From Octopus sinensis (lineage: Eukaryota): a stretch of 64,000 nt of DNA. The translations under genes were made by a program, and so were the position numbers. Positions within the stretch are counted from its first letter, which is position 1. Every line of letters begins with the position of its first letter. This document shows positions 25,076 through 37,855 of this stretch, piece by piece. The notes under the pieces are model-generated. The model was given only the letters and a program-made list of their open reading frames with translations, searched no databases and had not been told where the DNA came from. The stretch covers positions 13,082,001 through 13,146,000 of the forward strand of contig NC_043009.1 of the NCBI RefSeq assembly GCF_006345805.1, read 5' to 3'.

Positions 25076-26383
25076 AATCATGGCGGGGATTATATTTATG
25101 AATCTCAAGATGGGTGTCATACAATCAACAATCGACAAGATTTCCTGCACCAAACAAATATAAGAGAAAAATAGAGAACAATGATAACCACCTTTCGTTG
25201 TTTTATGAACTAGAAAATGGTTTGATAGGGTAACAAGAGGAGCAACGTCGGTGGTTCTTAAAGGTATTTGAGTTCCAAAACACGTTACCTCATTGGTTTA
25301 AACATTGAAAAACAGCATTATTTAAACGAGTGTACATGTAATATACGCACTTGAAACAGTGGAATAAATCCTCATTTGAATACAGTGAGGAAATATAAAA
25401 TAACTATATAAGTTATTGGACCAGGCATATATATGTGAGCATATATTGGTTTTTATTCTGTCAATACATGATACTTAACAATATAAATCTGCATTTAAAG
25501 TCTTATAGCCGCTTGAAAGTGACAGTCCATCTTGAGATGTTCTTCATAAAAACAGACGTAATGAAATACAAATATTCCTTCAATAAGTTTAGGGGAAATT
25601 TCTTGAAATTCTCTTTCACTGGAAAAAATATCAAGAAACAAACAAGTTTGTTTAAAACTAAACAATATGCTTACTAAATATAAGGTTTACTTTCTTCAAA
25701 GAACAATTGAGAAATTGTGAAGTATGACAAAATATCTTTTCAAATATGAATGCAGGATTGTTTGATAAACCCCAGTGAACACAAACCATTTATGCTTATA
25801 ATAAAGTGCTCTGTCTAAAACAGGATTTTGTTGAACGTTTGAAGCTAAGCAACATCAATTAGGCTTAATATTTATAAGGAGCTTATAATTGTAAAATGTT
25901 TCTTACTGAAGTTCCCTGTTTAGAGGTGCCTTGCAGTGTATTATTTTCACATAAATAAAACGAACTATGATTCGTACTCAATGGCACTAATAGATCTTTT
26001 AGAGTATTAACTTAAGGACTTGTATTAAAACGTTTTCTTCGTAGAAGGATCGGTATATTGTATTATGCAGAAAACATAAGCAGAACAATATCTCGTTACA
26101 AAAGATAAAATGTCAAGTATGTATTTAAGGCGTTGCGTGTTTATTTTTCATCCTATAGAGCAAATGCCATTTTGAACGACTATTCGGAAGTTTTGCATAA
26201 AGACAGTTGTTCACCAAGCTATAAAGCAAAAACTATGAGAGCTAACAAAGGGGTTTTTAATCGGTCGTTCATCATTCTGAAACCAGAAAGCGAATCTTAC
26301 CTCACACCCTGCCAAATTGCAGTTTATCAATTTCACAAAAATAGGATAAACTGGATTGTGTGGCCCTATGGATATTCTTTATA

Positions 26384-26470
<87 letters not shown>

Positions 26471-26789
26471 CACATTGAGATCCAAGTTCCCATCCCACAA
26501 CGTTGGTGTATACAGAGACGATGGATTAGGATTTTTCCATGGCTGTTATGGTCACGACCTAGTGGAATTTAGGAAACAATTCACTTCTACCCTTATTTAA
26601 TTAGGCCTTAAGATCACAGTCGCTATTACTCTGTCAAAAGTCGATTTTTCAGATATTTCCCAATATCGAAACTTCTCATAAACTTTACCATCAGCTCAAT
26701 AAGAAACGTTCCTACATGCATAAACAGTTATGCCAGTCCACCACTTAGTGTTTAAAATCCTTATGTCAACATAAGTAACAGAATATCTA

Positions 26790-27212
26790 TGTCTCTTCCT
26801 GTAAAGAAATTTTATTGCTGAAAATTTTTGATACTACAAGGAAGAACCAAGACACTCAGAAAACATAATAATGAACAAAATCAGAAGACTAATCAATTAA
26901 TTCCAAGAATCCTTCACAGACATGGAGAAAGAGTAAGTATGCAACTCTGTAATCAAAAAGAGCAATTTCTACGGATTACCCAAAATCCATAAAAGCCCCG
27001 AAATACAAAGTGCCATAAATAAGCAGAAGAACCAGTATGTAAAAATACTAAGGAGGCTGACCTCAAAATAAGACCAATTGTTGCTGGACCTCAAGCACCA
27101 ACACAAGAACTATTTTTTTAGATATACTCCTAAAAAAACTTTGTACCCTTTAATACCCAGTAATATGAGGGATAGCATAGATTTCATCCAACACATCCCT
27201 TCCACTGTCGTG
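26790..27212 (+). pseudogene. Penelope-like RT N-terminal fragment
   Basis: SNFYGLPKIHKSPEIQ (from 26961) then, after a frameshift, DLKIRPIVAGPQAPT and RDSIDFIQHIP. Confidence 0.85.
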
Positions 27213-27224
27213 GTACAAAAAGTA

Positions 27225-28112
27225 GGTTTATTTTATAAATAAATAAAGGCTAATTATAAAATAATAAAGAAATAAAATAATCAAGTAGGGCAGAACACCA
27301 TGGAAAATGAATGAAATAGCTTCATTACTAAAACTATGATTAGGTATATGTAGCTTATTAACACCAATAGAGAAGATTTATAGAAAAAGTATAATAATTC
27401 AAAATATATTAGACTAAAAATTATATTTAGTTATTTAGCTAATATCAATAAAAGACTGATATCTGGTGTCAGCTAAAGAAATATTAAAGTTATGGAACAT
27501 TCATATTTTACACGTTTAAAAAAAAATTAAGGGTTATATTATAGGTTTAAGAAGTTATTATTATTACTCCCTACGTGATATTTATAGTTTCTTAGTGGTA
27601 CTTGTTTAGAAGGGTTATTTATATAAAGACCGTTATAAATACCAAGATCAGGAGGGTAGAGCCAATTTAAGAAAGGGATAAATCAAGTAATTTCTAGAGA
27701 TCATTTCAAACAATATTGTATCATTGTATAAAGTTAAAATTTAGGGTAATCAAGAAGATTTTAAAGAATGAAATTATAACAAAAGGTTAAAACTTCTTTG
27801 AATATTTCGAGTAAATACTAAATTTTACCACAATAGAGGGAGGAAAAGTAAAATACAAAGAAATAGTTTAATATTTTAAAAAATTATTATTTATATAAAT
27901 ATTAATTTATTAGATGGTTTCTATGGAGATTGATCAATTAAATTTAACTGGTATTTAATAAGAGAGCACTGAGGTTAAAGAACACGTTAACTATATACTG
28001 ATTTAATTAAATTGAACTATTTTAAGTTGTGGAGATACCGGTAGTACCTTATATAAGCTGAGTATGAATTAATAGGGGTACGCAGATTAGATTTATTTAA
28101 GGCTACTGTAAA

Positions 28113-28113
<1 letters not shown>
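27225..28113. repeat. Unit A of an unclassified diverged tandem array
   Basis: Shares a 25-bp perfect box ATTGTATAAAGTTAAAATTTAGGGT (27723/32559) and TATAAGCTRAGTATGAATTWATAGGGGTAC (28052/32685) with unit B. Confidence 0.75.
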
Positions 28114-28179
<66 letters not shown>

Positions 28180-28250
28180 TAATAATAATAATAATAATAA
28201 TAATGATATTAATAATTATAATGATGATGATAATGATGATGATGACGATG

Positions 28251-28311
<61 letters not shown>
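28114..28311 (+). repeat. (AAT)n/(GAT)n microsatellite, 5' flank of the R4 element
   Basis: Direct inspection. Confidence 0.95.
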
Positions 28312-28313
<2 letters not shown>

Positions 28314-31300
28314 CCGGGGGACGTTTAAGAGAGAACACAGGGGGACGTTTAAGATGTAAGAAGGAAAATACAGAGCTCCGAAATCTATCCACAAACATCG
28401 AAAACAAGGACATCGTATGGAGCCAAAGATTTACTAACAAAGGATTGGACTGTATCCGAGTAAGTAATACTAATTGAAATTTATTACTATTTTCAAAACG
28501 ATATGATGTATTTTGACTCGATATCATCTACACCTCTAACACAGCACATGTAAACATCACGAACCATCAACACCAGATCATCCCCGACCCCAAACACCAC
28601 GTACAAAGGAACTACGAATAAATTAAATGCCACCGATATTATTCAACCCAAGAATAACAATCGAACGGTACGTACTTTAAACTTACAACAAAAAATGTAC
28701 GAAAAACTACACGTGCGAAATAATGTGACAACAGAAATGAACGGACCGGTACCCTACGAAAATGAAGACCGTCAAAATAATGGGCCGGACGTTGTACCTC
28801 ATGTCCCGCAAATAAAACCCAAAAGACATAAATGGACACGTGAGGAATACATTTCTATCTTACACGCATACTTCACAGCAGTGCTCTACCCAAAAAATGA
28901 AAACACAACAACACATACATATAAAATATGGAAGGAAAATAACATAAATATAAACTTGGATACAGCAATGAACCCTAATAAATTAGCTAACGTACGTAGA
29001 TACATTCTCAACACAAAAAAATATCAGAAATAGAAATAGAACATCTAAAAGAAAAAATACACCAGGAAAATGTAGATAGAAGCCACAAAACAATGCCCAA
29101 TAAAATAAACACTGAAACAGTAAAACACGAAGACAGACGTAACATTCCCAACAAACACGATGTAAACAACGAAGGGGAGCCTAATGATTATGATAATATA
29201 AAAAGTAGAATAATCAAAGAACTGAAAACCACAGAGCTCAACATGGACCACCGACCATACCTCCCAAGATTCAAAATAGACGAAACAACAACACCAATTA
29301 TAAACAGCATAAACCTAGCCGTCACGGAACTAATAGCCACTGAAACAAAAAGCGATATCACTGAGCTAAATGACTTAATATACGCAGCAGCCACTGCAGC
29401 CTCAAAAGAAGCTGAATACTCACTCAAACCCATCCGAAACAGGAGTACCACCACCCAAACAAACCCTGTGGATAAATAACATCCAAAACAAAATACAAAA
29501 AATAAGAAAATATCTGTCGATTCTTAATGAAATCAGCAAACAATCAACGCTACTGAGCAACAAAAATACTCCGCAAATATAACATCACAGAAAAAGATTT
29601 ACCTGAGATAAAAGAAAAGTTGAAGCAAGATATCCTTGCCAAAGCACAAAGGATCCGCCGGTACGAGAAACGCCAGCGCTTCTTTGAACAAAACAAAAAG
29701 TTCAACTCCAACCCCAAAAAGCTGGCTGAAAACTTTAACAACATACTAGCAGAGCCAGAGACAATGCCTGAATGGCTCACGAAGGGGAAAACCATCTTAA
29801 TTCCCAAATCAAATGAGACAGCAAAACCAGAAAACTACAGACCAATAACCTGCCTCCCTACAATGTTCAAGGCATTTACTGCAGTGATATCGCAAAGGTT
29901 GAACAAACAGCTGGACGAAAACAAACTGTTCCCAGAAGAGCAGAAAGGATGTCGCAAAGGTTCATATGGCTGTAAAGATCAACTAATGATTAATAAAGCC
30001 GTAACTGAAGACAGCCACAGAAAGAAGAAAGGCCTCAGTATGGCCTGGATTGACTACAAAAAGGCGTTTGATAGCATCCCCCACAAATGGATCCTCGAAA
30101 CTCTAGCCATTAACAAAGTAGCACCAACAATCATAAAATTCATAGGGCACTATGAATAAATGGCAAACAGTCCTACACCTCCAAACAAAAGAGGGACTCA
30201 TGAAAACCAAAGACATCCCCATTAGAAGAGGAATATTCCAGGGAGACACTCTCTCTCCACTCCTTTTCTGCTTGGCACTGTCACCTCTATCTGATATACT
30301 AAATAGAACTGGATGCGGATATAAATGTTACGGCAAAACGATCAGCCACCTTTTATATATGGATGACCTAAAACTATACGCTGCAAATGACAAACAGCTG
30401 GAATAACTATTAAAGACAGTTCATGGATTTACCAAAGAAATAGATATGAAATTTGGATTAGAAAAATGCGCCAAAGTAACCATGAAAAGAGGAAAACTAG
30501 TTAAGAGTAACAACATCACACTAGATAAAACCAATGAAATAAAAGAATTAGACCAAAACCAAACTTACAAATACTTAGGAATCCATGAACTAGATAAGAC
30601 ACAACACACAAATGAAAGAGAAAATAAAAAAAGAATATTATAGACGAGTTAGATCAATACTAAAAACAGAGCTCACCCAAAATATGACATAGAAAGACTA
30701 TATATACAACGTATAGAAGGTGGTAGAGGCCTTATACAACTGGAAAACTACTATAAAATAACCACCATAGGACTGCAAAAATATCTACTTCAGAAGGATG
30801 GAAAACTGATACAAATAGCGGCAAAACACGAGCAAAACAAAAAACTGTTCTCAGTATTTAAGGAAGCTGACAAATACAGACAAGAAATCATACCACCTAA
30901 TAAATATGAAGAAGAAGACGAAGAAGATGAAGAAACAACAAAAACTATAAAACAAATGAAATCCAAACTAAAAATAGAACAGCAACGAACCATGATAAAA
31001 CGATGGCAAGAAAAACCCCTTCATGGTAAATACTGGACTAAACTAAACGCAAAAGAAATAGACAAAGAAAAATCCCAGCAATGGTTGAGAAACTCAGGAC
31101 TCAAAGCAGAACAGAGGGATTTTTAATTGCAGCACAAGACCAAAGCCTCCCCACCAGAAATTACCAAAAACATGTAAAGAAAAGAAATATTACAAGTAAC
31201 TGCAGAATATGTGGAGATGGACAAGAAACAATAAATCATATTATCTAAGGAATATATTCACAGACATGACAGAGTTGGAACCTACATACATTGGAAGCTA

Positions 31301-31841
31301 TGCCAACATTATAGAATAACAACAGAAAAAAGATGGTATAGGCACACACCAGAAAAGGTCACAGAAAACGAGAAAGCAACCATACTCTGGGATATGCCGA
31401 TACACACAGATAGAGAAATTAAGGTCAACAGGCCATATATAGTTGTCAGAGATCATGAAGAAAAAAAATGCTTTCTAATTGATGTATCAATACCGGCAGA
31501 TGACAACGTGTCTCTAAAAGAATTGGAGAAACTCTCAAAATGCAAAGACCTGGAAATAGAGGTAACCAGAATGTGGAATCTGAAAGCAGAAACAATTCCT
31601 ATCATAGTAGGTGCATTAGGCATGATAAAAAAATATTCAGACAAATACATAACAAAAACACCAGGACTTACAAACACATATAACATACAGAAAATTGCAC
31701 TACTAGGCACTGCACACATCCTATGCAGAACACTTTCCATACAATAACCCTCAGAGCATCACAACAAATCACAGCACATACCCAAGGCACACAGAGCTGC
31801 GCTCGGTAGTGAATTGAAAGCACGCTATAAAAAATATACTA

Positions 31842-31844
<3 letters not shown>
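28312..31844 (+). mobile_element. Near full-length R4/Dong-like non-LTR retrotransposon (family 1), ORF broken by frameshifts and deletions
   Basis: N-terminal RHKWTREE...NKLANVRR; RT NYRPITCL, WIDYKKAFDSIPH, GIFQGDTLSP, YMDD; CRICGDGQETINH knuckle; RLE NRPYIV...LIDVSIP...EKLSKCKDL; 3' UTR ends ACTACTG|AATAAT. Confidence 0.95.
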
Positions 31845-31906
<62 letters not shown>

Positions 31907-31910
31907 TAAC

Positions 31911-31977
<67 letters not shown>

Positions 31978-32000
31978 TAACAATAATAATAATAATAATA

Positions 32001-32036
<36 letters not shown>

Positions 32037-32125
32037 TGATGATAATGATGATGATGATAATGATGATGATGATAATAATAATAATAATAATGATAATAAT
32101 TATAATAATGATATTAATAATAATA
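31845..32125 (+). repeat. (AAT)n/(GAT)n microsatellite, 3' flank of the R4 element
   Basis: Direct inspection. Confidence 0.95.
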
Positions 32126-33115
32126 AATTGATCAGTTAGGGTTGAGCACCACAGAAAAGGAATAAAGACAGCTTAATCACTAAACACCATAATAAAATAT
32201 CTATACCTTATTAACTTCAATTGCAAATATTTATAGAAAATGTATAAGAATTTAAGTATTATGAGCTAAAAATTGTTAATTAATTTATTTAGCTTATTAT
32301 AATCAGAACTGAAACCCGGTCAATACCGGGTTAAAAGAATAATTGTTGCTAAAATGACATGCTAATTATATACTAATATCAAATTAAGAGGTTTAATATA
32401 GATTTTAAAAGTTGTGTTAATCCATAAATGATATTACAGTTTTTTAGGGGAGCTTAATTAGGAGGGTTGCTTATATAATCCCAATATAAATACCAAAACT
32501 TAGGAGGACGGAACGCTTTGGGAAAAGGATAAAAAACTATTTTAAACAATATGTCCATATTGTATAAAGTTAAAATTTAGGGTTATCAGGAGGATTTATC
32601 ATTGAGGTAAGAGAACAAATTTACTATAAATTAGTTAGATTATAATCTAAGCAGTTTAATTTTAATTTGTGAAGATATATTTTTTATAAGCTAAGTATGA
32701 ATTTATAGGGGTACAAAAATTTAGTTTTGTCTAAAGGCAATTATAGAGTATTAAAAAGGTCAGGGACGGTAGAATACCATAGAAAAGAGACATAAAATAG
32801 CTTAATCGCTAAAATCATGATGAAGTATATATACAACTTAGCAACTTCAATAGAGAAGAATTTATAGAAAATATGGAATAATTCAAGTATTTAAAACTAG
32901 AGATTGTTTATTTGCTTAATTAGCTTGCATCTATAATGGCTACTACCCCGCATTAACTGAAGGAAAATTAATGCAGTAAGAATGCTACTTATGCACTGAA
33001 TAAAAACTAATTATAGGTTTTAAATCACAAGTTCGATGAAGTGCTACTTTCTAAAATATTTAAAAGTACGGGTGTCACTATGTACACATGATACCCTAAG
33101 GTCTAATCAATTATC
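32126..33115. repeat. Units B (starts ~32147, 628 bp) and C (starts ~32775, truncated) of the diverged tandem array
   Basis: Repeated boxes ACCAYRGAAAA, TTTATAGAAAA (27377/32230/32861), TTAGCT, a hairpin, then AAGAA. Confidence 0.75.
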
Positions 33116-33629
33116 ACGCATACAAGCACCCACACGCACATACACGCAAAGTAACGTACATTTAATCTATAGACACATCCCCCACACAACCTCACACGTA
33201 CACACATACCCACACGTACACACACATACATACAGACACACTGCAAACAGAACACACACATTAAATATACATACACGCACACTATATATACATACACGCA
33301 CACACACATGCTTCAAAATACCAGTTAAACACCGTTCTACTGTCCATTCTCCTACTCACATCTGTAGGGAGACACAACAGACAGCCACTCCTACCACAAT
33401 TCTTACTAAAAATTTCTTCCTACGACCTTAAGTGACACTAAGTCCAACCACACGCAGACATAAACAGCCACAACCACACATACATATACTAGCTATCATT
33501 ACACACACACATACAGACCCGTGCGCACGCACATACCCACACATACACACACACACATACCTCCTTGTCTTGAACTCTGCTGTCTTAGAAAGAACTTTTC
33601 TTCACCCATTCCCTTCTGGTCGTTTCAAT

Positions 33630-33838
33630 ATGTAACCGCGTGTGTATCGTTGGCGATTTTCTTTCTCCGTCTTCCCTTCTTTGGACTTTTACTATGTTTT
33701 TGACGAAGTGCTCCGCTCGAAACGTGAAATCGTCTTTCTTTTCTTTCCTTTCATGAGCGTCCAATAACACAGTAGTTATACCACGTCCTCGCGTTGTTGT
33801 TTTCTCATGCTTGTTCTTGTTTGGATTGACTATTTATA
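33630..33838 (+). mobile_element. Hammerhead-family element, decayed core
   Basis: GTTT-TTGACGA-A-GTGC(TCC)GCTC-GAAAC-GT-G-AAAT at 33696-33730; homologous to 49420-49628. Confidence 0.75.
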
Positions 33839-33863
33839 TGTATGTATATGTATGTATATATAT

Positions 33864-33907
<44 letters not shown>

Positions 33908-33908
<1 letters not shown>

Positions 33909-34350
33909 AAGTAAGGAGGGCTGTCAGGAAGGGCATTGCTGTAACACTTCCAGAAGGGAAGGGTCTTCCTTTGATTCTGACATGCAATGTCTGTGCAAGA
34001 CCCTGCCTCAGTGAAGCTGGACTCAAGAGTCATCTTCGTAGTCATAAAGCGAGACAGATGAGTGACAACCTGGCCACTGGTGGTGGTGTAACACACCATA
34101 CTAATCATATCTGTCGGGCATGTGGAAGAGAGTGTAATTCGGCAGGAGGACTTAAACGACATGCAAAGGTACATGAAGCCCAGTTACAACTACAGCCAGC
34201 TATTACCAGTAAAGGTTTTAATTGCCAATTCTGTGCAAGACATTGTAGAACTTTAGCTGGGCTAAAAAGACACATTCGATCATAGCACCAGTAACAGTTA
34301 AGCTTCGTGCAATGGCCATACTCGATAACGAGGGGACAGCCATCATCATA
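33908..34350 (+). mobile_element. 3' fragment of an RTE-like LINE encoding three C2H2 zinc fingers
   Basis: CNVCARPCLSEAGLKSHLRSH / CRACGRECNSAGGLKRHAKVH / CQFCARHCRTLAGLKRHIRS; 3' end CGAGGGGACAGCCATCATCA; (TA)n on both sides. Confidence 0.65.
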
Positions 34351-36841
34351 TATATATATGCACACTTAGAAAGGTAAATAGATAGATTGATAGATAGATA
34401 TGTAATGGTAAGATTCAAGAATTTAAGGTATAAGAAAATAATGAGTTCAAGCAATCCTGGTGCAGAATGTGAATTTTTTCCTATAACGATGTATTATAAA
34501 CTGAAGAGAGTTAATTTTGTAGTTCACGGTCAGCAACAGTGGTTGTTGTATATGTGAATAAACATTCAAACAATTAGGGAATGGAGTAGATAAAATCCAG
34601 AATCCGTATCTTCCATAGCTAAGGTAAACCTCGGAAGTAGTTAATTATTCATACGAGAGATAGATTGCAAGCCACCCTTCATGTCAAGGGTACCTTGATT
34701 ATATGAAGTCTACATTGTCGTTGAGAGATCCCGTGTTAATACTTTGGGGATTCGGCCGAATCCACATTTACCGCAATTATCTCAATTACTTGAGATATTA
34801 TTTCAATTGCTTGAAACGAAATGGTTTTTAACGATACACATAACACACAACATTTGATATTTTTCAGTATCATTAGCGTTTGAGAAAATATTTCTGATTA
34901 CGACAACTGTCACACCCCGTGCCCTATAGCTATTGTGCATCTCTTTCTTCCAGAATGGAAATAAATGTATCAACAAGGTATTGGGGACTGGAGAATACCT
35001 ACTAATTAATTAATATGTGACTTTTTGCAAATAAGAATTTGATCTCCAAATTTCTACCGGCGGCGAATTACAGATATTCAGTGAAGAAAATGATTTAATT
35101 CAATAATGTTATACCAAAGCAATTTTTCTTTGACAATATAATTCGTAAATATATACTGTTTTCAGGTGCATTATATCTAGAAGCTGTGCAAATATATGAA
35201 GTCAAAGTTTACTCTTCAAAAACGCTCATTAAATGTTACCTAAAATTTATTTAGAAGCCAACAGGTATTTTGTATCACAAGTCCCAATTATCATCAATTT
35301 AAACTTTACAGACTGTTCTTTTCAAAAATTATTCTTTGCCTGAAAGAAAACGATGCAAAATATCACTAACGTAATTTTATCAGCAATGCTATAAATTTCT
35401 TTAGCATTTTATACAGAATTTTATACAGTTTATTAATTCAGTTTTATTTTACGCAAAAAAAAGATATTTTTTACCTCGTCGAGGAAACACATTAGAATTC
35501 TGTACAAAAGAAAACCTAGAAGAGATGTGAAAATAAAGAGAAGTGACAAAATGAGTTGCGAAAACTGAAAAAATAAAACAGATGATGGACAGAAGGATTA
35601 AAGAGTAAATCTCATTTGAGATTTCTTTTCCAAAATCATGATTGACGTGAATGATATTCTTTGATAAAACAATGAAATAAAATTCGTGGAACAGTTAGTC
35701 ATAATCATTGATAATGATAACAACTAAAGTTTTGGATTCAAATCCACTTGTGTTCGAAAGATATATGAGCAACAGTATCGATCCAAAATGACAGCCAGAA
35801 TCCTCTTTCATCCGGGCAAAGATATTTAACATTACTCCACAATTCAGCATTGCTCGGACGATGTATGAACACCCCCGTTGGCTGTGCTATAGTTTGAATG
35901 TATTGTACCGATCGCCAATGATTCCCTCTATTACTCCTAGGCCGTGGAGTATGATGTCATCTATAAACCAAAATGTTTTATTTAGTTGACATTATTCAAT
36001 GCCCGTATTCTCTTCGGATCATTGTCACCCTTTCTAACAATTAGTTCTCTATAGAATGCCAGTATTGACGTGTCACCGGTTGTTCAGCTTAACTGGTCGA
36101 GGGTTGTGAGTATCTGAATATAATCTAAATGCTATATGTCTAATTTTGTCAAAAGGGGCGTGCTTTGTATATGATTGTTGGAAATCGGGTGATTGTTATA
36201 AAAACTAATTCTTATTTTATAACCTTACTTCACTGCACCGAGGCCTGTCGTAGATTTCATGCCTTAATGTCACGCAGCACATGTATCTCCCACAACGTAT
36301 AGTTGAGGTTTCATTTCGAACAAATCCTCGAGTTCGATATTCGCCGTTGCAGCATCACTCACGATCTACTTTTCCTAATCCCGTTGTCTGACTAGAAACA
36401 ACTCAAATGTGTTGTTTTGTATCTTTAATTATTTACTATTCGCCAATGGCCAAAGTTTAAATTCATTATCGGCTAATTATCGCCTTCAGCAACTGCTTAA
36501 TTAGTCCTTTTTTTCTGTTGGGGAACGATGCACTAAGATTCCTGTAATATATTTCTGGCCATGCCTCATTTTTAAGTTGTCCGTACTGAGTATAGACTTT
36601 CTGTACTGTCTCCGAGCCGAAGTTATGGACTTACGTAAACCCTAAAACCTAGTGTTTTTTTTCTCTTTGTTTCCATTGGCACACTTGCAAACTTATATCA
36701 ATGCCAATCAATTAATAGACTGTACTTATGGCATAAGAAAAAAGAATTTCGATGTGAAATAAAGCAAAATAACATAGTAAACACAAACAAAAAAATAAAA
36801 GCAATACTATATTGTGAATTTTTTCTTGTTATAATCTACAT

Positions 36842-37137
36842 TTGTTTGTTCCTTCTCGAGCCATGACTGGCTCATACGGGCCGGTTTCCCTGGCGTATAG
36901 GTTCCCCACCAGGACGGGACGCCAGTCCGTCGCAGGTGAGCTGCAAGATGCAGGAGGAAAGAGTGAGAGAAATTTGTGGCGAAAGTCTCAGCATAAGTTC
37001 GTCATTACCTTCTGCCGGAGCCGCGTGGAGCTTAGGTGTTCCGCTCATAAACACACACATCGCCCTGTCTGAGTTTCGAACCCACGGTCCCTCGACCGCG
37101 AGTCCGCTTACCTAACCATTTGGCCATGTGCCTCCAC
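36842..37137 (-). mobile_element. tRNA-derived SINE family D2 (D head, V-SINE-like CCTGCGACGGACTGGCGTCCCGTCC module)
   Basis: The first ~190 nt are homologous to 9829-10218, then a different 3' module ending in the hairpin GAGCCA(GTCA)TGGCTC. Confidence 0.8.
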
Positions 37138-37624
37138 ACATAATCTACATTTATAAATCTAATACATAGATTAATACTGTAAATCACACTGTACAACATT
37201 GGTGATAACTGGTGACGTCGATGGGGATTATAAGGACGTGATATACATGCTATCGGTAAATCATTTCAATACGGGAGACTCCGGTGAAACTGCGATATAA
37301 GTGGCTACAAATACAGTGATCCTACATTACAAATGTGTCAATGCAAATTAACATTTCGAGTCTGCACACTTGTACGGAAGAAAATCAGTTTTAAACAGTT
37401 CTGTGTATATCAAATGGAAAATTAACCGTCTATAAAAATGTATTTATCCCATGCAAAGTTAATACAATTATGTATGCATCTTATGTTTTCTAATAATATT
37501 TATCACTCTTTTCGGTATTTTCACTTCAGTTGAATACATCTGCAAACTACATCCCAGCTAAAATCCGAGATAAAAACTTACATCATGTAGGCGATAAAAT
37601 GGATAGTTCTTATTTCTACGTTGC

Positions 37625-37855
37625 TACGAGCTGGCAGAAACGTTAGCACGCCGGGCGAAATACTTAGCGGTATTTCCTCTGCCGTTACGTTCTGAGTTCA
37701 AATTCCGCCGAGGTCGACTTTGCCTTTCATCCTTTCGGGGTCGATAAATTAAGTACCAGTTATGCACTGGGGTCGATATAATCGACTTGATCCCTTTGTC
37801 TGTCCTTGTTTGTCCCCTCTATGTTTAGCCCCTTATGGGCAATAAAGAAATAAGT
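37625..37855 (+). mobile_element. SINE family B, near full length
   Basis: GCTGGCAGAAACGTTAGCACGCCGGGCGAAATACTTAGCGG...GGGCAATAAAGAAATAAG. Confidence 0.92.

Noticed and set aside
26160-26384. ORF after an acceptor-like TTTTCATCCTATAG
   Set aside because: No recognisable domain, no partner exons, and it terminates in (TA)n
32555-32590. TAACCCTAA on the minus strand as a telomerase RNA template
   Set aside because: Not conserved in unit A (TTACCCTAA), and no pseudoknot or H/ACA features were recognised
32690-33095. Long frame with only TAA/TAG stops (alternative genetic code?)
   Set aside because: Homologous units are out of frame with each other through non-triplet indels, and lack of TGA over ~115 codons is plausible by chance at this composition
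27225-33115. Tandem units as a mitochondrial insertion (12S/16S rRNA or ND genes)
   Set aside because: Strand skew is mtDNA-like and there are faint 16S domain II echoes, but no universal rRNA motifs were found, spacing is wrong, and the conserved boxes contain stops in the mitochondrial code; a control-region origin cannot be excluded without a search
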